Shown: positions 41,645 to 55,190 of the stretch, piece by piece
How the letters are laid out: every line of letters begins with the position of its first letter
Position numbering within the stretch: position 1 is the first letter of the stretch
Source of the DNA: the human T2T-CHM13v2.0 reference genome, Homo sapiens
DNA length: 64,000 bases
Reading direction: 5' to 3' (one strand)
NCBI RefSeq assembly: GCF_009914755.1
Contig: NC_060925.1
Translations under genes and position numbers: made by a program
Notes under the pieces: model-generated
Database searches by the model: none
Told to the model about the DNA's origin: nothing
Seen by the model: the letters and a program-made list of their open reading frames with translations, nothing else

Positions 41645-41947
41645 TTGGGTTTTTTGGGTTTTTTTGTTTTTTTTAAATTTATTTTGAGACAGAGTCTCAC
41701 TCTGTTGCCCAGGCTGGATGCAGTGGCATGATCTCAGCACACTGAAACCTCTGCCTCCCGGGTTCAAGCGATTCTCCTGCCTCAGCCTCCGGAGTAGCTG
41801 GGATTACAGTCATCTGCCACCATGCCTGGCTAATTTTTTGTTTCACCATATTGGTCAGGCTGGTCTCGAACTCCTGACCTGAGGTGATCCGCCAGCCTCG
41901 GCCTCCCAAAGTGCTGGGATTACAGGTGTGAGCCACCGCGTCTGGCC
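41645..41947 (-). mobile_element. AluS with a small central deletion
   Basis: Lacks the tagtagagacgggg segment; TSD caaaacttcaggttttg / caaaatttgaggttttg. Confidence 0.9.
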
Positions 41948-42403
41948 CCAAAATTTGAGGTTTTGAATATCCTAATTACCCTGATTTGTTTATTACACAT
42001 TGTTTGCATGTATCAAAATATAGCATTCCCCATAAATATGTATAATTATCATGTGTCAATAAAAAAATTAAAGGAAAAAAATGATAGTAGTGGGATATTT
42101 GGGCTCCTGAAGGACATTGTTAAGGTTACTCTAAAAATGAGCCACTTGCACTTACAAAAATACAATAAATTATCTTGCTAAAAGGAGAGAAGGAGAAAAG
42201 ATTGAACTTTTTGAGGGTCAATTCTATCAGTATATACATATTTAAAAAAACACTAGCCATTGATGTAGTATAGTCTTTTTTGGTTTTTGTTTTCCTTTAA
42301 AGGAATTTGTCCTTTAAACAGGCAGGGAGTCTCATGCCATTCTCAGTCCCTCCCCCAACAGCAGCCTGCCCGGGCCTGCTCCTCTGCGAGACACTGTAAC
42401 TGA

Positions 42404-44250
<1,847 letters not shown>

Positions 44251-44849
44251 GACAAACGGAAGTTATCTGTACATCAAGCTAACAATGGATTTTTAAACAG
44301 AAATCAGAACAATCTTTTAGAGGTAATGGATACATGTACACTTCTTTAATGGCAGTGATGGTTTTGTGGAATATATTTCAAGACTCATGGAATTGTACAT
44401 TTTAAATTGATTGGTTCTTTGTGAAATTGATTATACTTCAAAAACCCTTAAAGAAATTTAAATACTAACACACCTGGGAATTTGAGCACTTTATACTGAT
44501 CAACATAAAATATAAATAAACCATTCATATTGCAAAACGTATTATGGAGTCATAATGAGGAATTCTGGAAGGCTAGAATAATTATATGTAACGGTGTATT
44601 ATGATTCACACCGCTCATGTGTATGAATACATGTTACATACGATTATATGTAACAGTGTATTACGAAGCTAGAGTTTAATTTATTGAAGCCATTTCTACT
44701 TTTATTTTTATTTCTAAAGAATATAAAACATTTTTAAACTCCAAATTTAATATGTTATCTAAGTGAAACAAAGTCAAATGCAAAAATGTCAATATCTGCC
44801 TTGTGAAAGGCAGAAGGTCCTTGGAAGTCAATGATAAGACATAAATGAA

Positions 44850-44868
44850 AGGCCACCAGAGGGCAGTG
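44850..44868 (+). promoter_or_regulatory. CTCF motif
   Basis: AGGCCACCAGAGGGCAGTG, a close match to the CCASYAGRKGGCRS core, in unique AT-rich sequence. Confidence 0.65.
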
Positions 44869-45169
44869 CAGGACTGCTTAGGACAATGAGTGCCCCACCT
44901 CAACATTTCCACAAGCTAGCATTGAAAACACGTTTTATCATCTTACAGAATGTCTAAATAAATATTTATTTGCTATTATTCTTTCATATAATTTGAAAAA
45001 TAATAAAAATTTCCTACAGGAAACAAATAGAAGGTTATCCACTAACTGGAAAGTATATCTTTTTACACATTCAGATATGTAAAATTATGCAAGAAAGAAT
45101 GAGTCAAGTTGGACTTTAATCCATCAAGATGTAAAAGTTTAACTGCAAACAAATGAAACAACTAAATTA

Positions 45170-45630
45170 ATAAGTAAAACTCAAAGTCTTAGAAGGAAAT
45201 ATAGGAGCAAATCTTTATGACCTTGAATTTGGCAAGAGCTTCTTAAACATGTCACTGAAAACGCTAGCAGTAAAAAAAAATAAAACAGATGAATTGTATG
45301 TCAACAAAATTAAAAACTTTTGAGCATCAAAACACACTCTTAAGGGAGTATAAAGACAACTCAAGACTGTCAGGAAATATTGGTAAGTGAAAAATCTGAT
45401 AAAGATTTTGTACCCAGAAAATATAATGAACTTTTACAGTTCAAGGACAGAAACGCAACCAATCCAACTACTAACGGGCAAAGGACTTGCATAGACATTT
45501 CTCCAGAGAAAATATTCAATCGGTGAATAAGCACATGAAAGATGATGAGCAACCTTAGATATCAGGGAAATGAACATCAAACCAGCAATGAGATACCACT
45601 CCACGCTCACCAGGATGGTTATAACAAAAC
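45170..45630 (+). mobile_element. L1M ORF2 3' remnant
   Basis: ttagaaggaaatataggagcaaatctttatgaccttg; aaaattaaaaacttttgagcatcaaa; agcacatgaaagatg...gagataccact. Confidence 0.8.
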
Positions 45631-46255
45631 AGCAGCAGGTTCTGTTGTTGTCTCAAGACCTGGAGCTGGAGCTGGCTTGGGCTCTGGAGCTGGAGTTGGG
45701 GCCAGAGCCTGCAGTGGCTGCATGGCTGGATCTGGTGCTCTTGCTGGGACTGCCTTAGCCCTGGAGCTGGAGCTGTTGATGGAGCTTGCAAAGGAGCTCG
45801 GGAGCTGGTGCTACGGTGGTTGCTGCTCTTGCTTCCAGCTCTGCAGATTTCCCTAGAGCGGCTGGTTAAGGCTGCAGCTGGAGCTGGTGGTGGACCTAGC
45901 CCTGACACACACTCTGAAGGTGGCTTTTGAGCTTGAACTGGAGCTGGCTCTGGAGCTGCCAGAGGAGGAAAGATCACTAACATGACTGACTTTCCATGTG
46001 CCTTCTACTGACAAAAATCTTCCCTCTGCCTTTCTGAGAAACTCAGAGAAACTCCACACCCAGGAAGTCTTCCAGACTGCAGTCGGCCACATGATTGGGC
46101 TGAGTTTCTCATTGCTGCGTCCGCTCCTCAGCTTCTGGCAGCTCTGCTCTGTGCAGTCCAGCCCTGTCCCCTCCCTACGGGCTCACATGAACCCACCCCC
46201 AGGCCTCCTCACACACCGGCTCTGCTTCAGTGGGCCCTGGGTGCTCCAACTGACC
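45631..46255 (-). pseudogene. Unprocessed RALGDS-like gene fragment: two exon remnants with an intervening GT-AG intron
   Basis: Exon remnant 46213-46255 reads GQLEHPGPTEAEPV then GTGAGG (RALGDS, from memory: AQLEHSEPIEAEPE). Intron 45956-46212 ends tttcctcctctggcAG. The next exon reads PEPAPVQAQKPPSE...ARAPDPA...APTPAPEPKPAPAPGLE (RALGDS PVPALKPTPE...ARAPSPVPAPAPEPEPAPTPAPGSE). Both junctions are phase 1; the fragment is frameshifted and truncated. Confidence 0.6.
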
Positions 46256-48149
46256 CCTGGGTGGCTCCTCCCTGTTGCCAGTTGCTCCAGCAAAGCACAG
46301 TGGACCCAGCCTCCCTGGTGGTGGGTGCTAGCACTGCACCCAAGGGAAAAAAATCACCAACCAACACACCTTTGTTTGAATGACTTCAAGGCATCAGCTC
46401 TCCCTGGTTTCAGGGAACAAAGGAGCAGGAGCTGTAGGATCCAGGGCATTGAGAGGGACCCCGCAAACTTTCCTTGTCCCCCTATTGCCAGCAATAGCTC
46501 TGGGGTCCAGTTCACTCATGAGGCCACTTCACCACAGCCAGGGCAGTGACTATGGGTTCATTTCCAGTGAGGACTGAAGGCTCTAACAGATGGTCTTTGC
46601 CTTATTCAAGATGAGTAGTTCAGTGCTCTGCCATGTTCTTCCTTACCCCACATCTCAGTCCTCCAGTCTCTCTCTGATTCACTCTGCTGCAAAAGACTCT
46701 GAGGAAGTAGAAAGCATTTTCCAAGGACCACGGAGTTCAGTAAGTCATCTACAGGGAACCTGGAGCCATAGACACTTTCTAAAGTGTCACCTTGGGGTGA
46801 CCAACCCATAGCATCACAATATGTAAGGAGGTAAACTGAGGCCCTCTTGCCTGTAGCCCTCCTCACCCTAGGAGGTCTTGTCTCAGTTGAAGGTGCCCAG
46901 TATGGTGGACATAGAACCCCAAGTACCATCTGCTTCTGACTGCTGTGAGATGGTCTCAGACCAGGCAGACCCCTGGGTACCTTACAGCTCCCCCAGGCCA
47001 GCATCCTGGCATCTCTTTCCTTCCCAGGCCACGGTCCTGGTCATGGTGCTAGAAGAGTGCAGAGATGCCTCCAGCCTTTTCTTACTTTTCCCTTGTTACC
47101 TCCCCAGGGTCCACTTTTCCTCTTACTTCAGCGCTGTGATCATCAAGCATGTGGGTGCATACCCATGGGGTTGCTAAGAGGTACAGGGCCCACATAGGAA
47201 GGCTAGGGAGGGGTCCCCAGTCTCTTAGGGAACCCCATGTGAGATGGTTGAGCCCTGGCCTAGGAGGTGGGAATCCATTATTTTCTGGACATGCCCACGT
47301 CCTATACCCTCACCAGTCTCTGCTTGTCTCTGGGACTCAGGTTCCCAAATGTCCAATGGCGGGTGGACTGGAACTGTGTAGATAGGAGCTTAGCATGGAC
47401 AGTGTTATTCCCTTCACCCTGACAGGGTGAGGCAGAGAGGGGCTTCAGGGCCCACACAGACTCTTTTCCTGGGAAGGACACAAGTGGACCAAGCGCAGGG
47501 CCACTGGGCCTCATGTTCATGGTGGGCACGCCCACTGGGCCAGTGTGGGCTGCAGACAGTGCATCCCTGAAGCTCCCCTGCACAGCACATGGGAAAGTCA
47601 CCAGTGGTTCCTCCAATATCTGATCTCATGTTGACTCTGTCTCCTGTAGCCAGGAAGTGTGTCAGCCTCACTTAGGTACATGGGTTTGAGCCGGGGGGTA
47701 GTTTACCTAAGAGAAACTGAGGCATGGGGACAATTAGAAGTAGACATGGACATGGGCCAAGTGAAAGCCCCAGATCTTTAGAATCGTACAGAGCATCCAC
47801 CCTTTTCTCTCTCATGCAGACAGGACTAAGTTCCAGAGAAAGGAAGCAACCCAGAATGTGCTATTATTTGCCAATTAATTGAAGGCAGGAAGTCTGCTCT
47901 TCTTCTCAGTCCACGCACCAGCAGACTTCAGAGGGCCTTTGTCCATCGCCAGTTGGGCTGAACTGTGATGGTATCTGAGCTTCAATTTTCCTTTTGGTCA
48001 GTTATACATACAAATCTGATAAACCTTAGTGCCGTGGCCTCTTCACAGAAACCTCTCCGTCAGAAAAATCTCCCTTTTTAACACCTGAGCAGGACGAATG
48101 CAGCAGCTTTCTAAATGAGAGCTCTCTAGGGACCTGCTTCAACCATGGG

Positions 48150-48330
48150 CCAGGGTCGTGCAGGGGCCAGGATCCAGGAACGCTAACTGCGCGTGCGCTA
48201 GCCTGGAAGCTGCCGCGAGCCGCCCCCCACTCCCCGTCCTTGTGCCAGGTGTCTAGCCCCAGGGACTCAGCAGTGTGGGCTTTAGAGCGGCTCTCAGGAC
48301 TTCCAGGAAAGGCTGGGGACGTATACATTT
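48150..48330. promoter_or_regulatory. Small CpG-rich promoter-like patch
   Basis: CpG cluster in non-repeat DNA; NRF1-like TGCGCGTGCGC at 48188-48198; GC box CCGCCCC at 48220-48226. Confidence 0.5.
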
Positions 48331-49033
48331 ACGCCAGTCAAAAAGACCCCCTTCTCCTCTGTTCTCTGAAGCTCAGAATGGTGGAGAGTGGACAGGACTT
48401 GAATGGGCGACCCCCTGATACTGCAAGTTTCCTCTGGCTTTTGCCTTTTAACCCATTACCGTCCACCCTGGCACAAGGCAGGTTGTTGCCTTCAGCTGCC
48501 AGATATATGGCATGGCACAGATGGGCAGTGGAATTCCAGCTCTGAGCACTCCCGGCCCCCAATCTTATCCCAGTAATGGCTGGGGCAGCAGGACCCTGAC
48601 ACTTCACCCGCGAGCCTGGATAAAAAGGCTCCCATGACCTCTCTCTTTAGCCAACCCCGCTGGGTGCAATATTCAGAAGTGCTCCCCGAGGTTTCCAATT
48701 ACCCGCTGTGCCCCACCTGTGGCAGAGTAAACCTACTTCCTCCAGACTCGCATGGCAGGGACTGACCAAGAAGGAAAGCGGCCCTCGCTCCAGGGTTCCG
48801 TGGTGATACCTGCATCAGCACACCAGCCCGGGGGTCTGCACTCAGCGGGGTCTCAGGCCATCCCACAGCTCATCAGCAGTGCTCGAAGGAATCGTGGGTG
48901 CGAACCACCAGTACAGGGAGCCTCATGCAGAAAGAGGGACACAAACACTACCTGTGCATATATGCACATATATAGTATAGTTACATTTGTATATGTATAT
49001 ACATATACACACACATATATAAACATGTTATGT

Positions 49034-50314
49034 ATGTGAAGAAGCACATTGATCGTCTGCATGGAGGATCTCATTTAAAAGATAAATAACATATCATGTA
49101 AACATGCATGCACACATTTATGTAAATGAATGTGAATGTGAGACAGTGAGACAGACTGGCAGAGAAAGAGACAATGAGAGAGACAGAGGCTGAGAGATGT
49201 GGCCAAACCATTTAATATGGTCAGATTTGGTGGTAGGACATTGAAAATATTTTATTTTCTTCTCTAAGTGATACTTAAATATTTTATAATGTTCACATTA
49301 TTTTTATAATTATAAACAGATAAACATCATATACATATGTATATAGTAAACAAAACTCCACAGAAACACACACATTCACACACAGAGATATTCTGCCAAG
49401 GGCCCAGTCTGCCCTCTCTGCATGAGCTGGCAGCAAGGGAATAAGAAAATGCCACAGGATCCTATCATTGCCACCTCCAGGAGCCCCTCGGCTGACAGCC
49501 GGCCCCCTGCACCGCCCTTGTTTGTAGGCACAGCTCAAATGCCATCCCCCTGGAGTGGAGGAGATGACCTCTTCTCCTGAACACATTATTGAGCTGTCAT
49601 TTGTCTCCACCAGACTGGCAGGTTTATATGTCGGGTGACAACCAGCAGTGGTGAGAATGTGGGAAGCAGAGGCCCCGGCAGATCCCCTGGGAGAATTGTT
49701 TATGGATATGCCTCTCTTGAGCTGGCAGCATCTATCAAAGCTCTAAACCACTGTCTCTTTACCTAGCAGTGATAACCCTGGGACTTCATCCGGTAAACAC
49801 TGGTGCACCATGTTTCAAGATTTGTTTTTAAGACTATTCATCACAGCACTGGTTGAAATAACAAGGAATTGGAAACATCATTAACATCCACATAGAGAGG
49901 ATGGGTGAAGAAAATTGGGTCTGTGTGAACCAGGGAATACCAAGCAGCTGCTGAGGTGGGTATGGTGGGTCTCTATGGGCCCACATTGGAAAGACTTCAA
50001 GGAAATTGATGTGAAAAAGTACATTGACGGTCAGTCTGCATTGAGGATCTTATTGTTAAAAAAATAAATATATACCATGTAAACATGCAGGCACGCAGAT
50101 GTGTAAATGAATGTGCATGTGAGGCAGTGAGACAGACTGACAGGGAAGGAGAGAGACAATGAGAGAGACAGAGCCTGAGAGATGTGGCCAAACCACCTGA
50201 TGATCAGATTTGGTGGTGCGACATTGAAAATATTTTATTTTCTCCTTTAAGTAAAACTTAAATATTTTAGAATGTTCATCTTATCTTTACAATTATAAAA
50301 AGATCACATCATAT
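49034..50314 (+). repeat. About 300-bp diverged direct duplication (49034-49331 / 50009-50314); the second copy follows an L1ME remnant
   Basis: Shared blocks such as ctgagagatgtggccaaacca, tcagatttggtggt and gacattgaaaatattttattttct. Confidence 0.9.
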
Positions 50315-52170
50315 TAAATACTATCCATTTAACACTCACCTATTAAATAATTGATGTATATTTCCTAGTTTTAATTTTTATAGGCATTTTATTACAAAGC
50401 CAAAAATATGTAATATATTAATAGTAAAAGAAGGAATTCAACATTAATGAAAAATAAAATAAAAGATCTAGTCCCTTCACCCAGACACAGTGCCCTCCCC
50501 ATGAGATGCTCCTCCTCCTGTCCTGGCCCTCCGTGTGTAGCCCATGTGCCCTGAGGGCTGGGTGGGGAAACTTCAAGCCCTCAGCTCCTCTGTGATCTGC
50601 TGTCCCCACAGGTGGACACTGCCCAGACATCCTCTAGCCCTTGTGCATTTTCAGTGGCCCTGTGTCACATCTTACTCAGCACCTTCTGCTGTTGGACATT
50701 GGGCCATTTTTCATTTTTCACTCTCATTGAAGGGAACACCTGCATCCATAAATCTCCATTTTTTTTAAGATGGTACCCTAGAAGTGAACATTCTGGATCA
50801 AAAATATAAATGTGACACGTTTTCAAGGTGTTGGCTGCAGTTTCCAAGACGTGAGTCTCTTTATCAGGGTGGATGCTTGCTGAGGAAAGTGGGGGCTGCA
50901 GAGATCCTGGGGCTGAGCCCTGAGGGAACAAAGGGAGGTAGACAAGCCAGCAGTGGAGACCACCAGGGCACCTGGAATGAACCGGGGAGCCCAGAAAGCC
51001 CTGCTGAGCCCCTCCTGCTCCATAACTCAGCTTCTGAGCAAAGCAGCCAGGCGCTGCCATCCAGGAGAGAATAGGGGGCAGGTCTGGCCACCCTGCCTGT
51101 TTGGTCTCCCTCCAAGCACGGAGCTCCTTCCTCTCACTCAGGAAAGCACTTGTAAGGGGAGGTCAGCGAGTTATAGTGACCGCCGTGAATGTGTAGGAGA
51201 CAGATGACGTTCTCAGCTTTAATAGCAGCACCACTCCAGCTTGTGTGAGCAGGAGAGAAAATCTCAAAGCACATGAGGTGCTCATGAAAGCTTCAGGACA
51301 GCCAGAGTATCAGGCCGGCAGATTTGGAGCTGGACACAGCCAGAAACACCAACCCACACAGCCTCCTCCAGCAATGACCCACGCCTCTACCCCTGCACCA
51401 GCCACCAGCCCTGGTATCCTTCATATTCAGCTTCTGTGGGGGAGGGGGCTCTGCCTCCCACCAGAGACCCAATATGCTCTCTGCCTACATGGAGCTCCTG
51501 GATTCTGTGGGAGACAGACACAAAAGGGGGTGGTTAGCATGGATAATGGGAACCAGGAGTCAGCTACTTTATTAATTAGAGGCCAGTTCTTCAAAGAAGT
51601 TATGGAGAAAAAACATGCTTGACAATTCATTTTGAAAAAAAAATTTAATTGTGAAATATAAGTGAATCTCATATTTAACAAAGTATAATTATAGTAGTAA
51701 CTATGCACTGTCTCCCAAAACCAACAAACAATGAATCCAGTGTTGACTGGGTATTTGTGCCACAAATTTTCTAACCAAATTATAGCATTTTGGCAAAAAT
51801 CTTCTGAAGCCTTGGTAATTTTTCTGAAGGTCTCTTTAATCCTGGGATACTTACATGGTTCTCATGGAAACCTCTTCGGAGTTTCCATGAATTTCCTTGG
51901 TGATTATGTCTTCTTTAACTGTTACCTGATCTAACCCATCTTACTTACCCAAAATCTTACTTGTTAGTTTTAATAGAGATCAATGGTCATTCTTGTCTTT
52001 TTATTTGTGAAAATCTTTTATCTGGTCAGTTTTCAGATTTTCTTCTATCTCCAGTTTTCAGAAATGTAATTGGTGTGCTTTGGTGTCGTTTCCTGAAGCT
52101 TCTTGTGCTTACGGTTTCTTGTGCATTGAGTTTTCCTGTTTTGTCATTTTCGACATGTAGAAAATTTCGA

Positions 52171-52526
52171 GGCTGGATGTAGTGTCTCACTCATGTAATC
52201 CCATCCTTTGGGAGGCCGAGGCAGGCAGATTGCTTGAGCCCAGGAGTTCGAGACCTTCCTGGGGAGTAGGGGAGATCCCGTCTCTACAAAAAATACAAAT
52301 AATAGCTGGGAGTGGTGGTGTGTCCCTGTGATCCCAGCTACTTCGGAGGCTGAGGTGGGAGGATTGTCTGAGCCTGGGTGGTTAAGGATGTGGTGAGCCA
52401 TGATTGTGTCACTACACTCCAACCCCAGTAACAAAGTGAGACCTTGTCTCAGAAAAAAAAAAAAAAGAGAGAGAGAGAGAAAGAAAAGAAAGAAAGAAAC
52501 AAACAAAGAAACAAAGAAAGAAAAAG

Positions 52527-52580
<54 letters not shown>

Positions 52581-52596
52581 CAAGCAGAAAGAAAGA
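52171..52596 (+). mobile_element. AluJ with (GA)n/(GAAA)n tail
   Basis: gattgcttgagcccaggagttcgagacc and gaggtgggaggattgtctgagcc are J diagnostics. Confidence 0.9.
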
Positions 52597-53084
52597 ATTA
52601 ATTGTGGCCCTCAAATTTTAAATTATTTTAACTCTATCTTTACCATCTCCTTCAGGGACTCTAATTGCAGCTACAATAAGACCCTTGAAGTTGTCCTAAG
52701 GCTCACTGATGCACTTTTTGTTTAATAAAACTCTTTTCTTCATGTTTTCTATCCACGTTGGATTATTTCTATTGCCCTGTCTTAAAATTTACAAATATTT
52801 TCTTTTGCAATATAAAATCTGCATTCATCTCATCCAGTGTGTTTTTCATTTCATACCTTGTATTTTTAATCTCTAGAAGTTTATTTTCTCTCTTTCTTAT
52901 ATCCTCTAAATGTGACTTGGTCAGTGTTTTCACTAGTATATTTCCTCTAGTACAGTGAGCATAATGAATTGGGATATAATTCTGTTTTAAGTTACTTGTT
53001 TGCTAATCTTATCATCTTTGTTAATTATGGGTCAATTTCCATTCAGGGATTTTTTTCTTTAATATGAGTTGTATCTTCTTTCCT

Positions 53085-53210
53085 TCCTATCTGCCCTCCT
53101 TCCTTCATTTTTTCCTTCCTTCATCCTTCCTTCCCCTCCCTTTCTCCTCCTGCCTTTCTCTCTCTCTCTCTTTCTCTCTCTCTTCCTTCCTTCCTTCCTT
53201 CCTCCTTCCT
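53085..53210. repeat. (TTCC)n/(TC)n pyrimidine tract
   Basis: Directly visible. Confidence 0.85.
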
Positions 53211-54950
53211 AGTAAGTTTTTATTGGAAGAAAATAACGGATTTTTATCTTCTTGTGTGCTGGATATTTTTGTATTGCTAGAAATGTTCTTCAGTTTTGCT
53301 CTGGGATGTAATTAATTTCAGTTTGATCCTTTTGGGTCTTACTTTTTATTGCGTTTGGTGGGATCAAAACAGTTTTTCAATCTAGAGTTGTTAATGTTTC
53401 CCACCCTGGAGACAGCACCCTTCTCAGTCCTCTAGCAGATGCTCTATGAATTATAATGTTTTTCACTTTTGCCTTTGGGAACAGGCACTATTTCCAGCCC
53501 TGTATGAGCTCTGAGGATAATTCCCTCTAATTCTTTTTGGTGATTATTTCTCCACACTTGAGTAGTTTCATCACATGCAGAACTGCTCTGAAAATACTAG
53601 GGATTTCTCTGCAGACATCTGGGCTCTCTCTCTGTCAATCTTCTCCTCTCTGGCACAGCTCTGTCCTGGAAGATATAACTGCCTTGTCCTCTGCAGGTTC
53701 CCAGATTCATCTTCTCAACTCTGCAAGATTCTGGGCACTGCCCGAGTTCCCTTTTCTGCACCACAGTCTGTAAACTTTCCCTAGTAGTAAATCGGGGCAA
53801 CCATCTGGCTTTTCTGTTTATTTCTTGTCTTTGAAGGATCACTGTCCCTTGTTGCTTAATGTTCATTGTCTAGCAAACAGCTGCTTCATATATTTTGCAT
53901 GTTTTATACATTTTGTTTTTTAGTTATTTTAGGCAGGAAAGTAAATCGGATCCATTTTAGTCCATCTTAGTTGCATATTGAAGTGTATGTATCCTGACAT
54001 ACTCTTATGAAAAAAAAATGAAAATATGAAATTTTAAAAATCTCCATTGGGATCATCTGAATTTTATCCATACTGTTCCTATACCCATTACGTAGCTTTT
54101 CTGTTTTCCCTTGTAGTTAGTATTAACCACTTCAAGTAGCACCACAACAATTCAGCTGTTTCGGTGTAATGAATACCGTGAAATGATTAGGAGGCGGATT
54201 CAATTTCCAATGCAAGAGAATTACTTTTGCATCCGGCTTTAAGCATTCCTTTATTTGTACCTAAAACACTCCTACAAGCAAAGCTCAGAGTTACAGGAAG
54301 GAGAAGTAAAATTCTTAAATATTAGGTTATTATACGTGAGAGTGAGAGGTATCTTTTGGTTTTTAGACCCTTGTCTTCTAACCAAGAGGTACCTCTTTGT
54401 ATTAGACCTATGTGTAGTAATGCCACATAGCGATCACTTGTCTAAGAGATATGCAGCATCATGCAGGACAAATCTCAACCATACAAGATGTGTTTGACTT
54501 TTAATTGAGTCTTCAAATAACTTCCCCACATTTTCATAAAGGGGAAGAAACTGAGAGGATATCTCAACATGTACTAGACCTTTCGATTCCCAGAAACGTT
54601 CTTGAAGTGTCTGTGTGAGATTAGCTGATACAAGTCTCACTGTTCACTGGCCAGGACAGAGACTTTGGTTAGGTCTGCTGGGGATCCAGTGTATTGAGTC
54701 ACTCAAAGTTAATGGCCCTTTAACAACTTTAGGTGGTTAGAACCACTGTACTTGAACACAGTATATGTCTGTTTCAAATACTGCCCCATCTCCTTGCCCG
54801 CATTATCCCAGTTAGTACACACTCATCCATGGGAATGTCTAGACAGCTCAGGAAATACATTTCCTATTGACTTTTTTATTTCTTACTTCAATTTTTCTTT
54901 ATATAATAAGTAAATGGAAGAGAGGAATTGTCCCGTCTTCTCTACCCAAT

Positions 54951-55190
54951 AGCACTGGAGTTAGAGGGTCTGGATTTAAGTCTTGGTTTCACCACTTAAC
55001 AGTGCTGGAGTTAGAAGGACTGGATTTAAGTCTTGATTTCATCACTTACAGTGCAATCTCATGTATGTTACCAGCCTCTCTTGTCTCAGGTTCCCAGAAA
55101 AGATACAGGTAATAATGGCTTTGAGGATTAAACAATAATCCATGTAGAACACTAGTCACATCATGTACATTTATCAGGTATTTAGCAACT
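54951..55190 (+). mobile_element. MIR with a 50-bp tandem duplication of its 5' part
   Basis: ctggagttaga.gg.ctggatttaagtcttg.tttca.cactta at 54951-55000 and 55001-55050. Confidence 0.7.

Larger units (their letters stand above)
51990..53990 (-). mobile_element. Old L1M 5'/ORF1-region remnant
   Basis: T-rich L1 antisense motifs (ctccttcagggactctaatt, catccagtgtgtttttcatttc, tttttaatctctagaagtt, cagtttgatccttttgggtctt). Confidence 0.65.

Noticed and set aside
45542-45856. GAGAG/ELELEL plus-strand ORFs resembling silk or elastin repeats
   Set aside because: They start inside L1 and are the reverse complement of the PAPAP-coding remnant.
45998-46549. 183-aa plus-strand ORF, the longest after CHRM3
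   Set aside because: Non-ATG start and no domain; it lies antisense to the RALGDS-like remnant in GC-rich, stop-poor DNA.
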